DNA from: Planctomycetota bacterium
GTDB taxonomy: Bacteria; Planctomycetota; B15-G4; SIAN01
Direction: 5' to 3'
DNA: 64,000 nucleotides
Assembly: GCA_031409275.1 (NCBI GenBank)
Contig: JANNXA010000050.1
Coordinates: forward strand, 160,001-224,000
Both the position numbers and the translations under genes were made by a program. Position 1 is the first letter of the stretch. Each line of letters starts with the position of its first letter. A model generated the notes under the pieces. It searched no databases. It had not been told where the DNA came from and was given only the letters and a program-made list of their open reading frames with translations. Positions 30,677 through 40,569 of the stretch are shown here, one piece after another.

Positions 30677-32464
30677 TTGAGCGCCAAGCCAAATCGCCCT
30701 GTTGCAGCGCCGGTTCGTGAACCGGCCCGCGAACCCGCTCGCCCCGAGTCGGCCGAACCGTCGCGATCACGACGCTTCGTCGCCCACCTGCCGCGCGCCG
30801 GGCTCGTCCTCTTCTTGATCGCGATCGTCATCGTCTTCCGCGAGGTGCTGCTGCCGTTCGTCCTCGCGATCTTCGTCGCGTACCTCATCTATCCGATCGT
30901 CTCGCGCCTCGAGCGCATCCCCGTGGGCAAGCGCCACCCGCCGCGCTGGCTGGCGGTGGTCAGCGTCTACGCGCTGCTCTTCACGCTGGGTTGGTTCGGC
31001 GTGCCGCCGTTGGTGGGCAACGTCTCGGCGCAGCTGCGCAAGCTCGGCAGCGACCTCCCCAGCCACTTCCAGTGGGTCCAGAAGCAGCGCAAGGGGTTCG
31101 ATGAGTGGGTCGCCAACAAGCTCGAGGTCGAGCACCTCACGGCGCCGACTCCCGAACTCCTCTACGCTGACATCGACGACCTCGCCACCGACACGCTCGA
31201 AGCGCTTCCGGCCAACGAGGAAGAGCTGCTGCTGCCGCCGCCACCGAAACTCGATCCGCCGCCGGCCAAGGGCGAGGCGACCAGCGCGCCGACGATCGTG
31301 CAGCTCTTCGCCATCAATTTGACGCTGGGAGATGGCAGCAAAGTGCCGCTTGTGCCAGCGGCCGCCGGAGGCGACACGAACGCCACGGATCCGCCGGCGC
31401 CCGACGCCCAGAACGGTGGCGAGACGATCGAAGAGGGTGACGACCACCGCGACTCGTCGAGCTTCAACGCGCCGGCCACCCTGCGCTTCGACGCCGAGCG
31501 CGGCACGGCGCTGAAGAAGGAGCTGTTCGACGCGATCAACGCCGAGCTCAAGCGCCCCGGCCTCGCGAAGGGCGTGGCGGCGAAGGTCGAGCGCGAGATC
31601 GTGCCTGCGCTCGCGGCCAAGCACCTCGGCCTGCCAGACGGAGATCCCGGGATCGCCCGACTGGCTCGCAACGTCGGGCTGCGCGTTCGCGATGCGGTGA
31701 AGCAGGAGGACTACGCCAGCGTCGTCAACGCCTACGTCGTCGCCGGTCTCGAAACGGCACGGCGCTGGGTCCAGGCAGAGCTCGCTGGACTGCTCGGCTG
31801 GGTCACCGGCCTCGCGCACGGCGTCTTCGACTTCTTCATGGTGCTGATGCTCACCGCGTTCTTCCTGATCTTCTTCCCGACCATCCGCGACTACATGCGC
31901 GATCTCGTCGCACCGCCCTACCGAGAGGACTACGGCGCGGTGCTGAAGCGCATCGACACGCGTCTGTCAGGCGCCATCCGCGGCCAGGTGCTGATCTGCC
32001 TGGTGAACGCGATCCTGACCTTCCCGGGCCTCTGGTTCATCGGCGCGCACACCGATGCCACCAACCTCGCGAGCTACTCGGTGCTGCTCTCCTTGCTGGC
32101 CGGCGTGCTGTCGATGATCCCGATCTTCGGCGTCATCCTCTCGACGGTGCCGATGGTGGTGCTGGCGCTCGCGCAGGGGTCGCTCGGCGGCGCGCTCGCA
32201 GTCGTCGCGTGGATCTGCGTGATCCACGCGATCGAGGCCTACATCCTGAACCCCAACATCCTCGGCCACAGCGCCAGCATGAACCCGATCATCGTGGTCT
32301 TCGCACTGCTGGCCGGAAAGCACGTCGGCGGCATGCTCGGCGCGCTGCTGGCGGTGCCGGTCGCATCGGTGGTCGTATCGCTGTTCGGTTACTACCGACG
32401 GCTGGTGGCCGAAGGACATGGCGAGGCGGCAAGCGGGGATCCAGCCGATCGCTGGGGCGACTGA
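30677..32464 (+). CDS. AI-2E family transporter with a large soluble insertion, 595 aa
   Basis: LLPFVLAIFVAYLIYP; IRGQVLI, IPIFG, EAYILNPNILG, GALLAVP. Confidence 0.9.
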   Translation: MSAKPNRPVAAPVREPAREPARPESAEPSRSRRFVAHLPRAGLVLFLIAIVIVFREVLLPFVLAIFVAYLIYPIVSRLERIPVGKRHPPRWLAVVSVYALLFTLGWFGVPPLVGNVSAQLRKLGSDLPSHFQWVQKQRKGFDEWVANKLEVEHLTAPTPELLYADIDDLATDTLEALPANEEELLLPPPPKLDPPPAKGEATSAPTIVQLFAINLTLGDGSKVPLVPAAAGGDTNATDPPAPDAQNGGETIEEGDDHRDSSSFNAPATLRFDAERGTALKKELFDAINAELKRPGLAKGVAAKVEREIVPALAAKHLGLPDGDPGIARLARNVGLRVRDAVKQEDYASVVNAYVVAGLETARRWVQAELAGLLGWVTGLAHGVFDFFMVLMLTAFFLIFFPTIRDYMRDLVAPPYREDYGAVLKRIDTRLSGAIRGQVLICLVNAILTFPGLWFIGAHTDATNLASYSVLLSLLAGVLSMIPIFGVILSTVPMVVLALAQGSLGGALAVVAWICVIHAIEAYILNPNILGHSASMNPIIVVFALLAGKHVGGMLGALLAVPVASVVVSLFGYYRRLVAEGHGEAASGDPADRWGD

Positions 32465-32484
32465 GAGCGTTCGAGGTCCGACGC

Positions 32485-35400
32485 TCACCGCGACGGCGGG
32501 TGGAGCAGGCCGCCGTCCATCGCGCTGTAGAGCAGGCCGGCGCCTTCGCGCTCGTCCTTCAGGAATGCCTGGAAGAACCAGCCATCGCCGGGACGCGCGT
32601 CGTCGCCGGCGGGCGGTGGCGTGATCGACTGCTCGCCGCTGGCGGGCAGCTCGAACGGGAAGAGGATCTCGCGGCCGTCGAACTTGCAGGCGCGCAGCTG
32701 CCCGACGTTCTTGCCTTGCAGCGCTTTCAACTCGAAGTCGCGTGCGACGATCAGCGTCCCCTTCGCGTGCGGCGGGCCGCGCATCACGAGCAGCGCCGTG
32801 CGCCCGTCGCCGTAGACGGAGGTCAAGTGCAGCGTGCAACGCCCGTCGCCGAGCTCGAGGTAGGAGGAGGTTGCGTCGACGTCGAGCGGAACGACCCGCT
32901 CCCGCTCGAACTCGCGCACGGTGGCACCGTCGCGCAGGGTGATCCGCTCGCACGCGCTGTCGTTCAGGACCAGCGCGGAGCGGGTCGCGACGAGGCCGGA
33001 GTCGCGCGCGTCCACGTCGCCGAAGCGGACGCGCGCGGCGTGCAGCGTGCTGTCGACCAGCTCGGTCGCTCCGAGCGGCAGATCGAAGAGCAGCACCTCC
33101 CCGCTCTGCTCGATCCGCACGAGCGACGGCAGGTGAGTCGCGAGCGCCCCTTTGGCGACGCCCCCGAGCCCCTGCAGCACGATCGAGCCGGCGCAGCGAA
33201 GGATCGAGAGCGATCCGCGCTCCTGCGGCGGGACATCGGGATTGGGCAGCGGCGGGACCTCGCTCCCGAACACGACTCCGATCGTCGCCACCCGCTCGCC
33301 CGCCGCGACGCCCTCGATCCGCAAGTCGCGCAGTCGCGCGCCACCGATCGGATCGGACACCAACGTCAGCCCGCGCCGGATCGTGGCACTGCCGTACTCG
33401 CCCGATTCGAGCCGCACCGTCGCGCCAAGGGGCGCCGCGTCGATCGCCTGCTGCAACGCCTGCGGGTCGCCGCCTGAAGTCACCGTGATGGCGTCGTTGC
33501 GCCACGGCACGATCGGCGGCGACGCTCCGCCCGGAGCGCGAGTCGCGTACCAGCCGAGCACGCCAACCACCAGCGCCGCTTGCAGCGCGAGCGCCAGCAC
33601 GTCGGCGCGCAGCAGCGGACGCTGCGGCCGCTGCACGAACAGGGCGGTCAAGATCGGCCGCGAAGAGGAGGGCGAAACGGGTGGCAACGGAGTTCCGGAG
33701 GCCGCGGCTGCGGCGACCGCGCGCTCGCGCCGCAGCCCCACCCGCCACGCGAGCACGACCACCAGCGCACCCAACGTCAGCAGCGCGCCGGCAGGGATCG
33801 ACTTCGGCGTGAACTCGAGCTCGACGCGCCACTCGCCCTTGCGAACCGGCAGCGCGATCAGCCCCTTCTCGGCGTGGCACGTCTTTCCGCTCGTGGCGTC
33901 GCGCCAGCCAGGGAAGAAGGTCTGGTTGATCAGCAGCGTGTCGTCGGCTTCGAGCGTGCCGGTGACGACGATGCGGCTGGGGGTGAACTCCGCGGCGACC
34001 TTGCCGTGGCCGCCCGCGAGGTACGCCTCGCCGCGGTAATCGAGATCGCTCTTCGCCTTCGCCGCCGCGAGCGACGGCACGTCCGATTGGCCGCTGATGT
34101 TCCCGGTGTTGCGCAGGATCGCTTCGTAGAGCGGCCCACCCCATTGCTGCGGCACATCGGCGAAGCGCGCCTGCGTGAACGCGGGCCGCTCGAGCGAAGC
34201 CGCGGCGGCGGGCGGCTCGACCGGAAACGCCCCCTTCGCGATCGGCGCGTTGAACCAGAGCAGCGGCCCGGCCACGGCGCCGATCAGCAGCGCCGTGAAG
34301 TTGCGACCGAAGCGCGCGCCGCGGCGCGCCGCCCATCGCAGCACTCCTTCGCTCCCGAAGCCCGCCAGCAGCGCCAACGCGAAGGCGACGTAGCCCATGA
34401 AGCGCTCGGGCGCTTGCATCGACGCGTAGACCGGCAAGCGGTGGAGCGCGTCCCACAACGAGGGCTGCACGCTCGAACCGGCCGCCAGCCACGCAAACGC
34501 GAACGCGAGCCCCGCGAAGGGCCACGCGCGCCGCCACGCGCACCCGATCGCCAGCAACGCCAGCAGCACGACCAACGGCCCGACGAACGCGCCGCAGTCG
34601 ACCCAGTAGAGGACGCTGCCGCCCTGGACGCTCACGCGCAGCCCCTCTTCCACGCCCGGCGGATGCGGCAGCAGAAGCGACTTCGCCATCATCTCGACCG
34701 GCATGAATCGGCCGCTCGCATCCAGACGACGCGGGAATTCGGAGAAGAGCTCGAGCAGCGGCACGAGTCGCACCAGCGACAGCGCGATGCCCGCGATCCC
34801 GATCGCCGCGCTCGCCAGCAGCGGCCGCACGCTGCGCTCTCGCAACGCGCGCGCGACCGCCTCGACCGCCAGCACCAGCGGGAAGAAGACGAAGTGGTGG
34901 ACGCTGCCGGCGAACAGGATCAGCGCGAAGAGCAGCGCCCCGCCGACGATCCAACCGCGGCTCGCGACGGCGCGGCGGCTGGCCAGCAGCAGCCACGGCA
35001 GGATCGCCATGCCGAACAGCCAGTTCGGCAACCCGCCGTTCACGTAGAGCGAGAGCGGGCTCGCGGCGACGAACGCGACGCCGGGAATCAGCGCGGCGCC
35101 GCCGCGCAGGCCGAGGTCGCGCGCCAACGCGTAGAGCCCCATCCCGCAGGCGACGAAGAGCGGCACCAGCAGCGCCTTGAACGCGAGCGGCGCCCCCAGC
35201 CACAACGCCAGCGGCGTGACCGGCGTGAGGAGCATCGACTCGGGCTGCGCGAACGAGACCTGACCGCCGCGTCGCCACGGGTTCCACGACGGGAACTGAC
35301 CGTAGTCGAGCAGCGAGGAGACTTCGGCCGCCGCCTGGCCGAGGAAGGCATTCCAATCCTTGCCGCCGAGCCGAGCGCCGCTGGTGAGCGCCGGCCACAG

Positions 35401-35502
35401 GAGCGCCAAGGCGAGCCCGGTGAAGAGGAGGAGCGCCCCGAACGTCGGCACCGCGCGCGGCGCCGGATCGGTGGTCACTGCCGAGTTGGGCTCTAGATCC
35501 AT
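32485..35502 (-). CDS. YfhO-like polytopic (GT-C) membrane glycosyltransferase fused to a C-terminal extracellular domain, 1005 aa
   Basis: GQFPSWNPW..GG, many TMs, PERF, NQTFFPGW...LIALPV...VELEFTP; after an extra TM a domain starting LQQAIDAA. Confidence 0.78.
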   Translation of the reverse strand: MDLEPNSAVTTDPAPRAVPTFGALLLFTGLALALLWPALTSGARLGGKDWNAFLGQAAAEVSSLLDYGQFPSWNPWRRGGQVSFAQPESMLLTPVTPLALWLGAPLAFKALLVPLFVACGMGLYALARDLGLRGGAALIPGVAFVAASPLSLYVNGGLPNWLFGMAILPWLLLASRRAVASRGWIVGGALLFALILFAGSVHHFVFFPLVLAVEAVARALRERSVRPLLASAAIGIAGIALSLVRLVPLLELFSEFPRRLDASGRFMPVEMMAKSLLLPHPPGVEEGLRVSVQGGSVLYWVDCGAFVGPLVVLLALLAIGCAWRRAWPFAGLAFAFAWLAAGSSVQPSLWDALHRLPVYASMQAPERFMGYVAFALALLAGFGSEGVLRWAARRGARFGRNFTALLIGAVAGPLLWFNAPIAKGAFPVEPPAAAASLERPAFTQARFADVPQQWGGPLYEAILRNTGNISGQSDVPSLAAAKAKSDLDYRGEAYLAGGHGKVAAEFTPSRIVVTGTLEADDTLLINQTFFPGWRDATSGKTCHAEKGLIALPVRKGEWRVELEFTPKSIPAGALLTLGALVVVLAWRVGLRRERAVAAAAASGTPLPPVSPSSSRPILTALFVQRPQRPLLRADVLALALQAALVVGVLGWYATRAPGGASPPIVPWRNDAITVTSGGDPQALQQAIDAAPLGATVRLESGEYGSATIRRGLTLVSDPIGGARLRDLRIEGVAAGERVATIGVVFGSEVPPLPNPDVPPQERGSLSILRCAGSIVLQGLGGVAKGALATHLPSLVRIEQSGEVLLFDLPLGATELVDSTLHAARVRFGDVDARDSGLVATRSALVLNDSACERITLRDGATVREFERERVVPLDVDATSSYLELGDGRCTLHLTSVYGDGRTALLVMRGPPHAKGTLIVARDFELKALQGKNVGQLRACKFDGREILFPFELPASGEQSITPPPAGDDARPGDGWFFQAFLKDEREGAGLLYSAMDGGLLHPPSR

Positions 35503-35528
35503 ACGGCGCGAAACGTATCACTCGCGAC

Positions 35529-36269
35529 GTGGAACCCGAAGAGTACGCCCGCATCCATCACCACGAGCAGCGCCACTTCTGGTACCGCGGCGTCCACGCC
35601 CTCTTCGTCGGCGCGCTCGCGCGCTCGCTGCCGGGCGGGCCGCAACGGCTGCTCGATGCTGGCTGCGGCACCGGCGGGCTGCTCGAGTCGATCGGGAAGC
35701 GCTTTCCGCGGGCCCGCCGCTTCGGGTTCGACCTCTCGCCGCACGCCCTGCGGTTGGCGCCGGCGCGCGCCTCCGCCCCGTTGGCGCGCGCCTCGATCGA
35801 GCAGGTGCCGTTCCGCGACGCCAGCTTCGACGCCGTAGTCTCCGCCGACGTCCTCTACCACCGCGCCGTCGCCGACGACGCTGCCGCGCTGCGGGAGCTG
35901 GCGCGAGTGACGCGGCCCGGCGGCGTCGTCCTGCTCAACCTGCCGGCGCACCGCGATCTGTACGGCGCGCACGACGCCTTCGTCCACACGCAGCGTCGCT
36001 ACGAGCGAGCCGACGTGCTGCGGATCGCGGCGGCGGCCGGGCTTTCCGTCGAGCGCCTCTGCTGGTTCAATTCGGCCCTCTACCCGATCGCCCGCGCGCG
36101 GCGGCGCAACACGCGCCACTCCGCGGCGAAGTCGGACGTCTCGCTGCCGCCGGCGCCGATCAACGGGCTGCTCGCCGCGTGGCTGCGCTTCGAGGCGTGG
36201 TGGACGCTGCGCGCGCCGGCACCGGCAGGACTTTCGCTGTTCGCCATCCTGCGCCGACAAGGTCCCTGA
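35529..36269 (+). CDS. class I SAM-dependent methyltransferase
   Basis: EQRHFWY, LLDAGCGTG, PFRDASFD, DVLYH, RPGG, HD...H.RRY. Confidence 0.92.
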   Translation: MEPEEYARIHHHEQRHFWYRGVHALFVGALARSLPGGPQRLLDAGCGTGGLLESIGKRFPRARRFGFDLSPHALRLAPARASAPLARASIEQVPFRDASFDAVVSADVLYHRAVADDAAALRELARVTRPGGVVLLNLPAHRDLYGAHDAFVHTQRRYERADVLRIAAAAGLSVERLCWFNSALYPIARARRRNTRHSAAKSDVSLPPAPINGLLAAWLRFEAWWTLRAPAPAGLSLFAILRRQGP

Positions 36270-36338
36270 CAGGCGCCGCGCGCTACACTCGCGCGCCCGG
36301 CCAATCGAGCCCCCTTCCTCCGGACGGCACAGCACCGC

Positions 36339-37115
36339 GTGGGCGACACCCAAAAGACGGCGAACAACAGCGCTCGGCCGGGGATCTCGGTCTTCTTCCC
36401 CGCCTACGGCGACTGGGGCACCATCGCCAGCCTCGTCGTGCTTTCGGAGGCGGTCCTGCGCGAGCTGACCGACGACTGGGAGATCGTCGTCGTCAACGAC
36501 TGCAGCCCGGACCACGTCGGGCAGATCCTCGCCGAACTCGCCGGGCGCTACCCGCGACTCAAGGTCGTCACGCACGAGAAGAACCGCGGCTACGGCGGCG
36601 CGCTGCGCAGCGGCTTCGCGAACTCGACCAAGGAGTGGGTCTTCTACACCGACGGCGACGCGCAGTACGACGTGCGCGAGTTGAAGCTGCTGGTCGAGGC
36701 GCGTGACGCCGCGGCGGCGCGCGGGCAGCCGGCCGACATGGTGAACGGCTGGAAGATCGCGCGCCACGACCCGATCCACCGCAAGCTGATCGGCAAGCTC
36801 TACCACTGGTGCGTGAAGCGGGCGTTCGGGCTGCGCATCAAGGACGTCGACTGCGACTTCCGCCTGGTGCGACGCAGCGTGTTCGACAAGATCGAGCTGA
36901 CGCGCAACTCCGGCATCATCTGCGTCGAGCTGGTCACCAAGATCGAGAAGAACGGCTTCCGCGTCGAGCACGTGCCGGTGCACCACTACCACCGCATTCA
37001 TGGCAAGTCGCAGTTCTTCAACTTCGCCCGCGTCGCGCGCGTGGCGCTCGACATGGGCCGCCTCTGGCACGAGCTGATCTGGAAGAAACAGGTGACGCGC
37101 GCGGGGAAGCCATGA
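36339..37115 (+). CDS. family 2 glycosyltransferase (polyprenol-phosphate GT-like)
   Basis: SVFFPAY, VVNDCSPD, NRGYGGAL, YTDGDAQYD, DVDCDFRL. Confidence 0.93.
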   Translation: MGDTQKTANNSARPGISVFFPAYGDWGTIASLVVLSEAVLRELTDDWEIVVVNDCSPDHVGQILAELAGRYPRLKVVTHEKNRGYGGALRSGFANSTKEWVFYTDGDAQYDVRELKLLVEARDAAAARGQPADMVNGWKIARHDPIHRKLIGKLYHWCVKRAFGLRIKDVDCDFRLVRRSVFDKIELTRNSGIICVELVTKIEKNGFRVEHVPVHHYHRIHGKSQFFNFARVARVALDMGRLWHELIWKKQVTRAGKP

Positions 37116-38158
37116 CTCAGCCGGTCGATCTCGCCGCCGCATTCGCCGGCAAGGATGTGCTGGTCACCGGCGGGCTCGGCTTCCTCGGCAGCAACGTCGC
37201 GCGCCGCCTCGTCGCCCTGCGCGCGCGCGTCACGGTGCTCGACTCGATGATTCCCGGCTACGGCGGCAACCGCTTCAACCTCGCCGGGATCGAGGATCAG
37301 GTCACCGTCAACATCGCCGACGTGCGCGACCGCAACGCGATGGACTACCTGATCCGCGGGCGCGACTACCTGATCAACCTCGCCGGCCAGGTGAGCCACA
37401 TCGACTCGATGAAGGATCCCTTCACCGACCTCGACATCAACTGCCGCAGCCAGCTCTCGATCCTCGAATCGTGCCGCCACTTCAACCGCGGCGTGAAGAT
37501 CGTCTTCGCCGGCAGCCGCCAGCAGTACGGCCGGCCGCAGTACCTGCCGGTCGACGAGAACCACCCGATCCGACCGGTCGACGTCAACGGCATCAGCAAG
37601 GTGGCCGGCGAGTGGTACCACCTGCTCTACCACGACGTCTACGGCATCCGCGCGACTTCGCTGCGTCTGACCAACACCTTCGGCCCCGGCCAGCTGCTGC
37701 GCCACAACCGGCAGGGCTTCGTCGGCTGGTTCATCCGCAAGGCAGTCGAGGGCGCGACCATCCAGCTCTACGGCGACGGCAGCCAGCAGCGCGACTTGAA
37801 CTTCGTCGAGGACGTGGTCGACGCGCTGCTGACCGCGGCGGCCGACCCGCGCGCCGACGGCCGCATCTACAACCTCGCCGGTACGCCGCCGGTGAGCCTG
37901 CGCACCCTCGCCGAGTCGATGCTGGAGCTCGCCGGACACGGGCGTCTCGAACTCGTCCCGTGGCCGCCCGAGAAGAAGGCGATCGACATCGGCAGCTACT
38001 ACGGTAGCGCCGAGCTGATCGGCCGCGAGCTCGGCTGGACTCCCAAGGTCGCGCTGCGCGACGGCCTCGAACGGACGATCCGCTACTACCAGCGCCATCT
38101 CGCCCATTACGTCGACGGCCCGCAGTTTGGCGGCGCCACCGAGGAACCGCAGCCGTGA
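37112..38158 (+). CDS. NAD-dependent nucleotide-sugar epimerase/dehydratase, 348 aa
   Basis: VLVTGGLGFLG, NLAGQVSH, GDGSQQRD; ATGA overlap. Confidence 0.93.
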   Translation: MTQPVDLAAAFAGKDVLVTGGLGFLGSNVARRLVALRARVTVLDSMIPGYGGNRFNLAGIEDQVTVNIADVRDRNAMDYLIRGRDYLINLAGQVSHIDSMKDPFTDLDINCRSQLSILESCRHFNRGVKIVFAGSRQQYGRPQYLPVDENHPIRPVDVNGISKVAGEWYHLLYHDVYGIRATSLRLTNTFGPGQLLRHNRQGFVGWFIRKAVEGATIQLYGDGSQQRDLNFVEDVVDALLTAAADPRADGRIYNLAGTPPVSLRTLAESMLELAGHGRLELVPWPPEKKAIDIGSYYGSAELIGRELGWTPKVALRDGLERTIRYYQRHLAHYVDGPQFGGATEEPQP

Positions 38159-39267
38159 GCCAGCCCGCGAAGCTCCCGTTCCACGACCTGCGGGCCTCGT
38201 TCGTCGCGCAGCGCGACGCCATCCGTGCCGCAGTCGAGCGCGTGCTCGACGGCGGCTGGTACATCCTCGGCCGCGAAGTCGCCGCCTTCGAGGAGGAGTT
38301 CGCCCGCTTCTGCGGCGCGAAGCACGCCATCGGCATCGGCAACGCAACCGAGGCGCTGCAGGTCGCGTTGATGGCGCTCGACGTGAAGGCGGGCGACGAC
38401 GTGGTGGTGCCGGCGCTGACCGCCGCCCCCACCGGCATGGCGGTCTGCGCCGTCGGCGCGCGCCCGGTCTTCGCCGACATCGACCCCGCCACCTTCACCG
38501 TCACCGCCGCCAGCGTCGAGCGGGCGCTCACGCCGCGAACGAAAGTGGTGATCCCGGTCCACCTCTACGGCCAATGCGCCGACATGGACCCGCTGATCGA
38601 GTTGGCAGGCGCGCGGGGCGTGCGCCTGCTGGAGGACTGCGCGCAATGCCAGGGGGCGCAAGATCGCGGCCGTCCCGCCGGCACGCTCGGCATCGCCGCC
38701 GCGTGGAGCTTCTATCCCACCAAGAACCTCGGCGCGTTCGGCGACGGCGGCGCCCTCACCACGCAGGACGACGCGATCGCCGCGCGCATGAAGCGGTTGC
38801 GCAACTACGGCGCGATCGAAGGCTACGACTTCGCCGAACCTGGCCTGAACGCGCGACTCGACGAGATGCACGCCGCGATCCTCCGCGTGAAGCTGCACAC
38901 GCTCGCCACGAACAACGAGCGGCGGCGCGCCACCGCGGCGCGCTACCACGCCGAGATCCGCAACCCGCTGGTCAAGCTCCCCATCGAGCGAGCCGGCGCC
39001 TTCCACGTCTGGCACCAGTTCGTGGTGCGCTGCGCCACACGTGATCGCCTGCGTGCCCACCTCGCCGCGCGCGGCCTCGAGACGCTGATCCACTACCCAC
39101 GCGCCATGCACCAGATGCAGGCCTTCGTGCGCCACGGCTTCGCGCCGGTCGAGCCGCGCGAGGCGGCTCGCGCTGCCGCCGAGATCCTGTCGCTGCCGAT
39201 CTACCCCGAGGTGCCCGCGACGCAGGTCGACGCCGTGATCGCTGCCGTGAACGAGTTCCGCGGCTAG
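38155..39267 (+). CDS. DegT/DnrJ/EryC1/StrS sugar aminotransferase
   Basis: PVHLYGQ, EDCAQ, SFYPTKNLGAFGDGG, NARLDE. Confidence 0.95.
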   Translation: MSQPAKLPFHDLRASFVAQRDAIRAAVERVLDGGWYILGREVAAFEEEFARFCGAKHAIGIGNATEALQVALMALDVKAGDDVVVPALTAAPTGMAVCAVGARPVFADIDPATFTVTAASVERALTPRTKVVIPVHLYGQCADMDPLIELAGARGVRLLEDCAQCQGAQDRGRPAGTLGIAAAWSFYPTKNLGAFGDGGALTTQDDAIAARMKRLRNYGAIEGYDFAEPGLNARLDEMHAAILRVKLHTLATNNERRRATAARYHAEIRNPLVKLPIERAGAFHVWHQFVVRCATRDRLRAHLAARGLETLIHYPRAMHQMQAFVRHGFAPVEPREAARAAAEILSLPIYPEVPATQVDAVIAAVNEFRG

Positions 39268-39276
39268 GCGACCGAA

Positions 39277-40569
39277 GTGCAGCCCCCGCCATCTGCCGCG
39301 GATCGCCGCCGTCGCGCCCTCATCCTCGCGCTGCTCTTCCTGGCGACGCTGGTCAACTACGTCGATCGCCAGGTGCTGTCGATCCTGAAAGGCCCGCTCT
39401 CCGACGAGTTCCACTGGAGCGAGCGCGACTACGCCAACCTCGTCCTCTGCTTCCAGATCGCCTACGCGATCGGCCAGGCCGCGTCGGGAGTGCTGCTCGA
39501 CCGGATCGGACTGCGTTTCGGATTCGCGCTGGCGGTCGCGGCATGGTCGCTGGCGGCAGCGGGCCACGCGTTCGCGGCGTCGCTCGCCGGTTTCGCCTTC
39601 TGCCGCTTCCTGCTCGGCCTTTCCGAAGCGTCGAACTGGCCCGCCTCCGCGAAAGCGACCGGCGAGTGGTTCGGGCCGCGCGATCGCGCGTTCGCCACCG
39701 GCGTCTGGAACACCGGCAGCGCGACCGGCGCGGTGATCGCCGCGCCGCTGGTCACCTGGATCGCGCTCCACTTCGCGCGAGCGCGACCCGAAGGCGGCGA
39801 GAGCCACAACTGGCAGCTCGCGTTCCTCGCGACGGCAGGCTTCGGGGCCATCTGGATCGTGCTGTGGCTGCTGGTCTATCGGCCGCGCTCGGCGGCCGCG
39901 ACGGCCGTGACGGCAACCGCGGCGGACAGGGCGGCGGAAGCGGACGTGACGCGCGCGCAGCTGCTGCGGCTGCCGGAAGTGTGGGGCCTCTTCTTCGCGC
40001 GCCTGCTCACCGATCCGGTGTGGTGGTTCTATCTGCTGTGGCTGCCGGGCTACCTTTCGAAGGAGCGCGGCCTCACCTTGGCGCAGGTCGGGCTGGTCGC
40101 CTGGATCCCCTACCTCGCGGCTGACCTCGGCAGCCTGCTGGGCGGCCTCACGTCGAGCTGGATGATCCGCCGCGGCGTGCCGGTCCTGCGCGCGCGCAAG
40201 CGGGTGATGCTGATCGCCGCGCTGATCACCCCCATCGCGATGGGGGCGGCGCGCGCCGAGACGACCACCACGCTGCTCGCCTGCATCTGCACCGCCACCT
40301 TCGCCCATCAGTGGTTCGCGAGCAGCATGCTCACGCTGCCCGCGGACCTCTTCCGCGGAACCGTGGTCGCCACGTGCAGCGGGATCTCCGGCGTCGGCGC
40401 GACGATCGGCGGCATCATCGCCACGCTTGGAATCGGCCATTTCGTGGGCCGGATCGGTTACGGTCCGCTCTTCGTCCTCGCCGGCCTTGGCCATCCGCTG
40501 GCCGTGGCGCTGATCTTCCTGCTGGTGCGCCGCCGTGAGACGGCGCTCGATTCTTCGGAGCGTGCATGA
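39277..40569 (+). CDS. MFS transporter (ExuT/hexuronate-like)
   Basis: NYVDRQ, DRIG, RFLLGLSEA, EWF, LTDPVWWFYLLWLP. Confidence 0.9.
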   Translation: MQPPPSAADRRRRALILALLFLATLVNYVDRQVLSILKGPLSDEFHWSERDYANLVLCFQIAYAIGQAASGVLLDRIGLRFGFALAVAAWSLAAAGHAFAASLAGFAFCRFLLGLSEASNWPASAKATGEWFGPRDRAFATGVWNTGSATGAVIAAPLVTWIALHFARARPEGGESHNWQLAFLATAGFGAIWIVLWLLVYRPRSAAATAVTATAADRAAEADVTRAQLLRLPEVWGLFFARLLTDPVWWFYLLWLPGYLSKERGLTLAQVGLVAWIPYLAADLGSLLGGLTSSWMIRRGVPVLRARKRVMLIAALITPIAMGAARAETTTTLLACICTATFAHQWFASSMLTLPADLFRGTVVATCSGISGVGATIGGIIATLGIGHFVGRIGYGPLFVLAGLGHPLAVALIFLLVRRRETALDSSERA

